A stretch of DNA of 64,000 nt. It comes from an uncultured Gammaproteobacteria bacterium (lineage in GTDB: Bacteria > Patescibacteriota > Microgenomatia > Levybacterales > UBA12049). A program made the translations under genes and the position numbers. The notes under the pieces are model-generated. The model saw only the letters and a program-made list of their open reading frames with translations, searched no databases and was not told the DNA's origin. Numbering within the stretch: the stretch's first letter is position 1; every line of letters starts with the position of its first letter. Positions 57,201-64,000 of this stretch are shown piece by piece. Where the stretch lies: contig CAYQEJ010000001.1 of NCBI GenBank assembly GCA_964416505.1, positions 146,363 through 210,362 on the forward strand, in the 5' to 3' direction.

Positions 57201-57512
57201 GGCTAGACCCATGATGAAAAACCAAAAAATAAAAGTGGCAATTTCCCCTAACCATACAGAATTAAAAATAAAACTAAAAAATGATTCAGGAGCTTGAATT
57301 ATCAGAAAACCTTTTAAAATCGCCCAATCAGAACCAAAATTATGGTTTGCGTTCCAAGAGTAAAATAAATTTTTTAAATGTTCAAAGTAATTAAGCCTAA
57401 AACCAGAATCATGACCGATTATTATTTCACCATTTCTTAACCACCAAATTGGAGTTAAGCTTAATAAAAAAATTAACAACAATTCTGAATTTCTCTTAAA
57501 AAAACTAATCAT
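54204..57512 (-). CDS. Very large GT-C-like membrane protein (YfhO/AftD-like)
   Basis: GHD after TM1; YMYN, N.Y..FP and FRS..KF motifs; large extracellular region; C-terminal Y.PGW / H..SNGYSNSW / Y.PQ module plus TM helix. Confidence 0.72.
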   Translation of the reverse strand: MISFFKRNSELLLIFLLSLTPIWWLRNGEIIIGHDSGFRLNYFEHLKNLFYSWNANHNFGSDWAILKGFLIIQAPESFFSFIFNSVWLGEIATFIFWFFIMGLAMYVTIRNFFPEKEYAPARLIGSIFYMYNFFILQGWFIAERAKFSLFAALPLGFLIIYKALSREYSLLRSTILFSLLSFFLNGGGSPPLYGSLVLTYAVTFLFLTLTNIKRNGFKEIIFSMKVFLSIFLGFFLINSYFIFPQIYTALNSYSGMLSSVGGISGILAWEAAINKYASILNLLRLQGIPDWYDNPNHIYAGEFINNPALIVLSFIPILLIVAGLSLIKMSSLKDKAKIIYLLLIIMIIGVVFASGSHPPFGFLYVFLVKHLPGFAIFRSAIYKFGPALWMSLIFLSAIYLNLIINKYVKSKKVYKIVVLSSVIFILFYHFPFFASNFFKFSNPFTTKVIIPNYIYEANNYLNSDKKDLNILLLPRLDPYYRVDSYKWGFWSLEPISKLSLNHPVISNDTVSPEIINEIYESDNKDYSNKLLGMFGINKLILRNDVLYNDKKTDIHNLSKEIDGIIGSSNVSLDKKYGEWEIYDVSSSNYTPYASAQEKVIDANINKKHLEYLLGNEDKSSIAVFNEAENDLSRDIIGKISKKSYFEPECYLCQDREFNNLKNQIEINDSNILPGSIFYKIKKYRENKLRAKFSNGPGEIDFNLSMANKRISEYKGILRSEDLSALQKEKYLKSVSDEYKSEIENAVLKAKNLSEIEKNKYNIKIYTYLEAQLSYLKEINFDLDSSVNKELNYFVNKKEKELQSDFWYSTGMNKKLIINIDKEGDYFIGSYSKNRKENFMLDGKYMAINNNYHLKTGSHIIEIITQEYKQDEKDKELKLNGSIEVEHPQGANEKDHYLTFEYFTPKDTFLDLYLRNNEKSNKITIDLKHHPESRVYSLKLSKDLLINYSKINLTNSDSTNEQIRIKNVLLSEDYDANIYLSQTISSDRNSTPKVEYEKIDPSKTIVKIQKASAPFILTINNAYSPGWKIYEGNKNIFSLFFSKAIFEEGHIKSNGYSNSWYIDKPGDYEFTVYYEPQKAFYLGGIVTIATLISIICLIYKRKK

Positions 57513-59163
57513 TTATATCTCCACTTAAACTAGAGACGCGCTCTCTTGTTTCCCTTGTGATATCTATTACTCTATTTGTTTTACTTTCTATAAAAAACCC
57601 GTGAACGATTTCGGGAGTTAATTTTTCAGAATTTATAACTCCTACCATTTTATCTATATCTTGAAAATAACCAAAACCTAAACTTCCTTTTGAATCATAT
57701 CCTTCAGCACCAAGATCCCACAGAAAATTTTCAGTTAAAAAACTTGAAGGAATTTTTCCAGTATCAAAATTCCATACCTCGATAACATATCCTAATCCAT
57801 TCTGAAAAGGATTAGTGATACTACCATAATAACTTTTATCGCTAATTACGTAATAAATAGAGTTATTCTCAGGATTTGGATAAATATTTGTTATTCCTTT
57901 CAATACAGCAATTCTTTGCGATCCAATTTCCTGTTGAAAATTAATTTCTTTTTTAATTATCTGAACATTATGTAACATGTAAAATGAAATAACTGGAATT
58001 ATTAAAATTAAGAAAATTTTATTAATTTTAACTAAATAGTTAATAAATATTCCTAATAGAATCCCAGCCCCTACAGAAGAAACATAGAAGTACCTAGAGG
58101 AAAGGTAAGAACTATCTCGATGAACTACTACATACGGAAGAAGACTTAAGAAAAAAAACAAAAGAATAAATATGATTCCCTTTTTGGTAAACTTATCTTT
58201 CGTCTTATAAATTAAAAATATAAAGATTCCCAGAATAAAAAATGCTCCAATTGAAGAAACCATATCCGCAGCTATGCTTTGTGCTACTAAATCTCTCACT
58301 GGAGAATCTATAAGAAATTTGTATTGCGTTTTAATTATAAGAGGAGTCAGATTATACAAATCAGTAGGAGGAACGAAAATTTGAAATAAGGATGTAATTG
58401 GGTAAAGAACCAAATGAACAAGAGCAGATCTAACTGGATTATCAGCTACTCCTACAAATCCCGCTGCATTATCATTTCTAAAAAATAATCCTAGATATCT
58501 AAAAAATAAGATTAAAATTCCATAAAAAAACAATGGAGAATGAACAACTAAAAATTCCTTTATTCTTATTTTTTCTTTATATAAGAAAAAAGCTAAAGGA
58601 TAAAGTATAAATAAAAATAATGCACTTTCTTTAAACAACAAAGAAATCAGGCCAAATATATATGAGAAATAAATATATTTCTTATTATTTTTTGAAAGAT
58701 ATTCAACATAAAAAATTAAAGATGCGATCAAAAAAGTAGTCGCAGGCAAACCTCCCACCGCTGCAACCCAAGTAATAGATTGGGATGAAACACTGTTTAG
58801 AGCAAAGAAAAGTGAAGCAAAAAATGAAATCCAAAACTTATTAAATAGTTTTTTAGCTAGATAAAAAACTAACAAAGAATTCAGCGAGTGAATAACTATA
58901 GCAAAAATAGAGATAGGTAAAAGATTAAATTTAAAATGTCCTAATAAAATTAGATTAAGAGCGCGACTTAAAGGTCTTCCACCTCCTAAAAGAAGTTGTT
59001 CTGGAGTTGTGTAATGCACTATATTCCCAGCTCCTTGAACTAATATATGACCAATAGCCTGCCATTCGTCTTGTTGATAGAATGTTTTTGGTAAATCCCA
59101 ATAAACAAATAGTATTAACAGAGGAATTATGACTAAATATATATGTTTAAATACTTTTTGCAT
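57505..59163 (-). CDS. GT-C-like multi-pass membrane protein
   Basis: FYQQDEW...RP, H..NS.LV, FKE and SRYFY motifs, similar to the C-half of 44428..47664. Confidence 0.7.
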   Translation of the reverse strand: MQKVFKHIYLVIIPLLILFVYWDLPKTFYQQDEWQAIGHILVQGAGNIVHYTTPEQLLLGGGRPLSRALNLILLGHFKFNLLPISIFAIVIHSLNSLLVFYLAKKLFNKFWISFFASLFFALNSVSSQSITWVAAVGGLPATTFLIASLIFYVEYLSKNNKKYIYFSYIFGLISLLFKESALFLFILYPLAFFLYKEKIRIKEFLVVHSPLFFYGILILFFRYLGLFFRNDNAAGFVGVADNPVRSALVHLVLYPITSLFQIFVPPTDLYNLTPLIIKTQYKFLIDSPVRDLVAQSIAADMVSSIGAFFILGIFIFLIYKTKDKFTKKGIIFILLFFFLSLLPYVVVHRDSSYLSSRYFYVSSVGAGILLGIFINYLVKINKIFLILIIPVISFYMLHNVQIIKKEINFQQEIGSQRIAVLKGITNIYPNPENNSIYYVISDKSYYGSITNPFQNGLGYVIEVWNFDTGKIPSSFLTENFLWDLGAEGYDSKGSLGFGYFQDIDKMVGVINSEKLTPEIVHGFFIESKTNRVIDITRETRERVSSLSGDIND

Positions 59164-60133
59164 TCAGATTTACCCTATACCATTCTATAGTTTTTAAAAG
59201 ACCTTCGTCCAATGATACTTTAGGGGTGTACCCGATTTTTTTATCTGCTTTTTTATTATCGCTATTTCTTCTAGGGCTCCCATTTGGCTTAGATGTGTCA
59301 AATTTTATTTTATACTTTTTTCCAGCAATCATAAGAATCTTACCTACCAGATCCTTTATGCTTATCTCCTCGTTAGTCCCTAAATTTATAGCATCCGGAA
59401 CAGGATATCTCTCTATTGCCAAAATCATATATTCCGCTAGATCTTCAACATATAAAAAGGCTCTTGTTTGCTTACCGTCTCCCCAAACATCTAAAGGATC
59501 TTCTCCATCAAAAATTCTTTTTATAATCGCTGGTATAACATGTGAAGTTTGCGGATCAAAATGGTCTCTTGGCCCATAACAATTATATGGCCTCACTATT
59601 CCTACCTTCATACCAAATTCTTCTACGTAATACTGTCCAAGCTTTTCACTCATTCTTTTAGCCCATCCGTATCCACCATTAGTAGGCTCAGGCTCTCCAA
59701 TAAAACCTTCTTCTTCCGGAGTCGGAACACTTGCTTCCCTGGGATAAACACAAGCAGAAGAAACAACTAAGAATCTTTCCACCCTAGATATCTTCGCTGC
59801 TTCAAGCATAATAGAGCCAATAAGCATGTTGTCCCTAAACATTGTTCCTTGATGAGATCTGTTATATTCAATTCCTCCAACTCTAGCAGCGAGATTCATA
59901 ACAACATCCTGATTTTTACATACGCTTAAAGCATCCTTTAAATTCGCACAGTCTCCTTTAATAAATTTATATTTTCCCTTTATATTCTTGAGGTTATCTA
60001 AATTGCCATTTTGAAGATTATCCATTACCGTCACCTCAGCACTTCTTTCCACAAGCTTTTCCACAACATGACTCCCAATAAAACCTGCTCCACCGGTAAC
60101 AAGCACTTTCTTTTTATTCCAGAAGTTTGACAT
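59147..60133 (-). CDS. NAD(P)-dependent nucleotide-sugar epimerase/reductase, GDP-L-fucose synthase / GDP-mannose 3,5-epimerase family
   Basis: TGGAGFIG, LAARVGGI, SSACVYP, YGWAK, SHVIPA and VWGDG..TR.F motifs. Confidence 0.85.
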   Translation of the reverse strand: MSNFWNKKKVLVTGGAGFIGSHVVEKLVERSAEVTVMDNLQNGNLDNLKNIKGKYKFIKGDCANLKDALSVCKNQDVVMNLAARVGGIEYNRSHQGTMFRDNMLIGSIMLEAAKISRVERFLVVSSACVYPREASVPTPEEEGFIGEPEPTNGGYGWAKRMSEKLGQYYVEEFGMKVGIVRPYNCYGPRDHFDPQTSHVIPAIIKRIFDGEDPLDVWGDGKQTRAFLYVEDLAEYMILAIERYPVPDAINLGTNEEISIKDLVGKILMIAGKKYKIKFDTSKPNGSPRRNSDNKKADKKIGYTPKVSLDEGLLKTIEWYRVNLNAKSI

Positions 60134-60135
60134 TC

Positions 60136-61077
60136 TTACTTTTTAGCTAATATGTAGAGTCCGGGCCAGAATAGATCTGTTCCTGAGGCAACTGCTCTAG
60201 CAATACTTCTTAAAAAGTCATATTTTAAATATTCAAAAAGCAAAGGCACTTGAAGTCTATCTACATCCACATTCGAGGATTTAAATCCAGATTTTTTAAA
60301 TATTTTCCTAAGCTGTCCTTTCGTGAAAGAGTACTCATAGCCATAAATCATTCTTCTACTTTTTAGTAACTTTATATGCACAAATTCTGCAATCTCTTTC
60401 AATATTGGCGCATTGGGTATATTCCCCCAAAGCTGACGATATGTTAAAGATCCTAAATTGAGATAAGGAACTGTGTTAAACGCAATTCCACCTTTTTTTA
60501 AAACTCTAAAATTTTCTTTTACTACTCCAACTGTGTCTTTAAAATGCTCAATTACTCCTCCTCCGTATAGAAGATCAAAAGTGTTCTCTTTAAAAGGCAT
60601 TTTTGATATATCTCCGCAAACTAAAAGATAGTTTTTAATTTTCTCTTCTTCGAGATAAAATTTTGCTAGTCTTAACGCATTCATAGAATAATCAATTCCC
60701 ACTACAAAAGATCCCATTTGAGCCAACTCCTGACCTATAAAGAAAGGTCCGCATCCAATCTCTAAATATTTTTTATTTCTAAGAGTTTTAAAATTTTCCT
60801 TTATATATCTCATGTTTGATTCAAGATATGTTTTTTTAAATCCTTCTTTTAGAGATAGAAGTTCTTTTCGCTTTACTGTTTTCTTATATTCATCATCCCA
60901 CTTCTCTAATGAAAGCTTTACATCTTTTGCCATTGAGGGAGACAAGAGAATCGGAATATTATCTATAATTTCGTATGAAGCATTACATTTTTTACACACT
61001 AATTTTTTATATTTTAATTCTAGACTAGACCTACAGTCCGGACAACATAAAAATTTTACGTATTCTTTTTTAAACAT
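60136..61077 (-). CDS. Class I SAM-dependent methyltransferase with an N-terminal Trm112-like Zn knuckle
   Basis: L.CP.C...L......L.C..C...Y.I...IP, LEIGCG, GIDYS and PF....FD.....VIEH motifs. Confidence 0.85.
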   Translation of the reverse strand: MFKKEYVKFLCCPDCRSSLELKYKKLVCKKCNASYEIIDNIPILLSPSMAKDVKLSLEKWDDEYKKTVKRKELLSLKEGFKKTYLESNMRYIKENFKTLRNKKYLEIGCGPFFIGQELAQMGSFVVGIDYSMNALRLAKFYLEEEKIKNYLLVCGDISKMPFKENTFDLLYGGGVIEHFKDTVGVVKENFRVLKKGGIAFNTVPYLNLGSLTYRQLWGNIPNAPILKEIAEFVHIKLLKSRRMIYGYEYSFTKGQLRKIFKKSGFKSSNVDVDRLQVPLLFEYLKYDFLRSIARAVASGTDLFWPGLYILAKK

Positions 61078-62221
61078 TTTTTTCTAAACTTTCAAATGCT
61101 TTATTAAATATATTTTTCCAGGAATACTCTTTAGATAATGCAAATGCGTTTTTTTGTAATTTATCATATTCTCTTACATTAGAAAATATGCTATTTACTG
61201 CTTGCGCTATTTCATCAATCTTATCATTTATTATTATTCCTGCTTTTCTATCCCTTATCACTTTAGCAATATTAGAAATATCAGACATTACTATCGGAAG
61301 CCCTGCGCCAAGATAGGTTTTAATTTTACCAGGGTCTGTATAATATTTAAAGCTGTTTTTTGATAAAAGATAAGGCGCTATACCCACCCTACATTCTTGA
61401 AGTAATTTGTCTACTTCTTTATTTTCCTTTATAAAACCTAAAAACTCTACACTCTTATCAATATCTAAATATTTTGACAATTTTTTTATTCTTTCCATTT
61501 CATTGCCTGACCCAATAATTCTTAATTTAACATCTGAATTTTCATTTAAAATTTTTGGCATAGCTTTTATTAAATTTTCTATTCCTTGGTCCTTACTAAG
61601 AATACCTAAGAAAACTAATAGATTTTTTCGTACTTTAGTATTCGTTTTCAATGGATTGCATCCAACAGGAACAGTAATTTGGTTATTGAGGTATTTTTTG
61701 CTTAATCCTCTTTTCTCTCTCTCAATTGCCATTTGGTCAGAAAGATTCCATGTTTGATCGGAGTATTTAACACAGATTTCGTCAATTTTATTATAAATTT
61801 TATTCAATAAAGAATTATTAAATCTATTTGGCACATAGTCAATCACATAATAAACAACTTTTTCTACTTTTCCCATTTTACGAAGAATAATTCCACTAAA
61901 AGCGTTAAGATTATCTACACCAAAAAAGATGTCTGTTTTTTCTTTATTTATAAAGAAAAAAATATTAAACAATAAATCTTTTATAAAAAATAAAACTTCA
62001 GGACCTCTTGCCGATAAAGAATAAAAGCTTTTTTGTTTTTTTCCATTTTTGTATATTCTTAGATTTGTTGATAAAGGCATATCATCTCTGGAATTTTTAA
62101 AAGGATGAGTCACGTAGTAAATCTTATTGGACTTATCTAAAATATAATTCAACAATTCTTCTTCCACCAAACTAGATAAAGTATTCGAATGATGTGCAAT
62201 TACAATATTTTTATATCTCAT
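61070..62221 (-). CDS. GT4 glycosyltransferase
   Basis: FLG.L...QG, IIGSG and DPGK.K.Y..AGLP motifs (GT-B fold). Confidence 0.85.
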   Translation of the reverse strand: MRYKNIVIAHHSNTLSSLVEEELLNYILDKSNKIYYVTHPFKNSRDDMPLSTNLRIYKNGKKQKSFYSLSARGPEVLFFIKDLLFNIFFFINKEKTDIFFGVDNLNAFSGIILRKMGKVEKVVYYVIDYVPNRFNNSLLNKIYNKIDEICVKYSDQTWNLSDQMAIEREKRGLSKKYLNNQITVPVGCNPLKTNTKVRKNLLVFLGILSKDQGIENLIKAMPKILNENSDVKLRIIGSGNEMERIKKLSKYLDIDKSVEFLGFIKENKEVDKLLQECRVGIAPYLLSKNSFKYYTDPGKIKTYLGAGLPIVMSDISNIAKVIRDRKAGIIINDKIDEIAQAVNSIFSNVREYDKLQKNAFALSKEYSWKNIFNKAFESLEKNV

Positions 62222-63194
62222 TTTTTAGCTTATTTAAAATCGAAATATAAACATATAAACAAGGAACTGTTATGCAAAAGATAGGATGTAAAAACCATGC
62301 AACATCTGGTTTCTTTATAAATCCTCTTATGCTGATAAAAAGCGGATAAATTACAGTAACCATCAAAAAAGTAGTAAATATAAAATTAAATGAATTTACA
62401 CCATAATCATATTTTCGGTATTTTCTGTATTTTAGAAATAGTTTCAAATTCCTGCTTAGTTTTTTATGAAAGTCAAAAAAACTAGAAACATATTTATGTT
62501 CTACTTCATATTTCATAAGCAAAAATTTGTTTTTTTTCTTCTTAACTAATTCCATTATTGTGTCTAAATGAAAAAAATATGGTTCCCAGGAAGTGTTTTT
62601 TTTAATTAAATCTAATCTCGTAATATATCCCTGAGATCCAAGCGTAGGTAAATCATTTTCATTAAATTTGGCTAAAAAGTAATAATCATTCTCTTCAAGA
62701 ACCTGAGTCGTGTCAGTCCATTTATTTTCAAACAAAGATAAAACTCCTCTTTTCCCGAGCATGTAAACAAAAGGATCATTGACTCCAAATAACTCACAAT
62801 ACCTATCGTATAAATTATGTTTTTCTGAATATTTCCAATAGATTGCCTGCGCTCCCACCGCCTCTTTATTTTTCTCTAACGAAGTAATAAAGTCTCTAAT
62901 AAAATTTTTTGAAACAAGCTTCAAATCTGCATCTAAAAAGAAAAGATATTTACCTTTCGCATGAGAAATTCCAATACTTTTAGATTTTTCTATATGATGA
63001 TATCCACTTATAATTATTTTTGCTCCTAACTCTTTTGCGATCCTTACGGTATCATCACTGGATTTATCATCTACCACAATAATCTCAATAAGATTTTTTG
63101 GATAATTCTGTTCAGATACTGAATTAATACAGTCTCTGATATTTCTACTCTCATTAAATGTTGGAGTGATTATAGTTACCTTTGGAAGATTCAT
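62211..63194 (-). CDS. GT2 glycosyltransferase with C-terminal TM helices
   Basis: P.FNE, VVDD.S.D.T and FLDAD motifs. Confidence 0.88.
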   Translation of the reverse strand: MNLPKVTIITPTFNESRNIRDCINSVSEQNYPKNLIEIIVVDDKSSDDTVRIAKELGAKIIISGYHHIEKSKSIGISHAKGKYLFFLDADLKLVSKNFIRDFITSLEKNKEAVGAQAIYWKYSEKHNLYDRYCELFGVNDPFVYMLGKRGVLSLFENKWTDTTQVLEENDYYFLAKFNENDLPTLGSQGYITRLDLIKKNTSWEPYFFHLDTIMELVKKKKNKFLLMKYEVEHKYVSSFFDFHKKLSRNLKLFLKYRKYRKYDYGVNSFNFIFTTFLMVTVIYPLFISIRGFIKKPDVAWFLHPIFCITVPCLYVYISILNKLKNEI

Positions 63195-64000
63195 AATTGA
63201 GGTTCAAGAAATTCTATATATTTCTTAAGTCCTTCTTTCCAATGAGGAAGAATAATACCTTCTTTCTTAGCTTTGATATTCTTTAGAACACCATATTCTG
63301 GGACCTTAACATTATTATAATTTCCACCCCTCTTAACAGGAATGATTTTGGTATCTTTATTTGCAAGCTTTATAATTTCTTTAGCAAAATCTGCCCAAGA
63401 TCCATATCCCTCATTAACAAGATGATAAATCCCTTTTGATTTTTTATTTTTAATTAATTTTAAAATTGCTTTCGCTAAATCATTTGCATTTACAAAACAT
63501 GCCAAATAATCAGACGCAATCTCAATTTCTTTTTTGTTTTTTGATTCTTTAAGAATATATAAAACAAAATTTCCTCCCTTTACTCTACTCCCTTCAAGCC
63601 CCCCAAATATCCCACAGGTTCTAATAATGATACTGTTTTTATTATAATTTTCTCCAATAATTTCTCGTGAAAGACATGCTAACCCATACATCTGTAAAGG
63701 GTTTGTAGAATCATTTTCTTTGTATGGTTTTTTCTTGCTTCCATCAAAAACCTTATCGCTTGAAAAGTCTACGTATTTAATATTTAACTCATTGCATATT
63801 TCAGCAATATTTTTTGATGCAAATACGTTGATTTTAAATAGACGATCCGGATTCTTCTCACACTCAGAAAGAATATGATATGAAGCAGTATTAATCACCA
63901 CATCTGGCTTCTTAAGCTTTATTAGTCTTCTAACTTTTTCATGATCTGTAACATCAAGCTCTGAACTATCATATCCAAATATTTTATAACCTAGTTTTTT
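63191..64000 (-). CDS. rmlD: RmlD-like (dTDP-4-dehydrorhamnose reductase family) SDR, 5' end beyond the window
   Basis: The frame stays open to 64000 (...ELDVTD...KPDVVINTASY). It carries S.D.VFDG....PY.E.D...P...YG, G.YH....G..SW..FA and W..GL motifs. Confidence 0.8.
   Translation of the reverse strand, partial: KKLGYKIFGYDSSELDVTDHEKVRRLIKLKKPDVVINTASYHILSECEKNPDRLFKINVFASKNIAEICNELNIKYVDFSSDKVFDGSKKKPYKENDSTNPLQMYGLACLSREIIGENYNKNSIIIRTCGIFGGLEGSRVKGGNFVLYILKESKNKKEIEIASDYLACFVNANDLAKAILKLIKNKKSKGIYHLVNEGYGSWADFAKEIIKLANKDTKIIPVKRGGNYNNVKVPEYGVLKNIKAKKEGIILPHWKEGLKKYIEFLEPQL

Noticed and set aside
679-61757. Numerous short ORFs antisense to or nested in long genes (e.g. 679..897, 16127..16366, 16367..16762, 33325..33546, 33651..34043, 59226..59579, 61407..61757)
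   Set aside because: They lie within well-supported genes, have no motifs or promoters, and look like shadow ORFs.
1-64000. Alternative genetic code (TGA read as Gly, as in Gracilibacteria/Absconditabacteria)
   Set aside because: TGA terminates several conserved genes at their expected ends (hflX, murA, murE, rsmH), and the long ORFs are intact in the standard code.
1-64000. tRNA, rRNA, CRISPR array, prophage, integrase, transposase or defence system
   Set aside because: No cloverleaf, rRNA-like tract, repeat-spacer array or corresponding protein motifs were recognised by eye; a covariance or HMM search was not possible.

Overview
Chromosomal segment of an AT-rich, reduced-genome bacterium, most likely Patescibacteria/CPR of the Microgenomates group. 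That assignment is an inference from the minimal dcw cluster, the alpha2-type GlyRS, the short RecO next to DUF4012, the many GT-C membrane proteins and the leaderless genes. Almost all genes lie on the minus strand. In order, the window holds: a partial secreted protein and orphan ORFs (1-2.1 kb); an AT-rich five-gene cassette with a GH26 hydrolase, two cellulose-synthase-like GT2s, a small secreted protein and a GT-C transferase (2.2-8.5 kb); a DnaQ/GIY-YIG fusion, an ArnT-like GT, hflX and a cytochrome b5 protein (8.5-14.1 kb); a division/cell-wall cluster from mraZ to ftsZ with murA and a half-GlmU embedded (15.8-31.7 kb); glyS, recO and DUF4012; and a surface-glycan locus of about 27 kb running off the window end. 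No rRNA, tRNA, CRISPR array, integrase or transposase was seen. The best unexplained signals are: (i) a displaced, mostly synonymously diverged second copy of the ftsZ 3' end bracketing a single-gene islet; (ii) an orphan ~135-nt structured RNA candidate with its own promoter and terminator at 12361-12495; (iii) the twin-synthase/GH26/GT-C cassette; (iv) a REP-like palindrome found both between genes and in frame inside a CDS; and (v) pervasive leaderless promoters that revise several start codons. All calls come from reading motifs by eye; no database searches were run.
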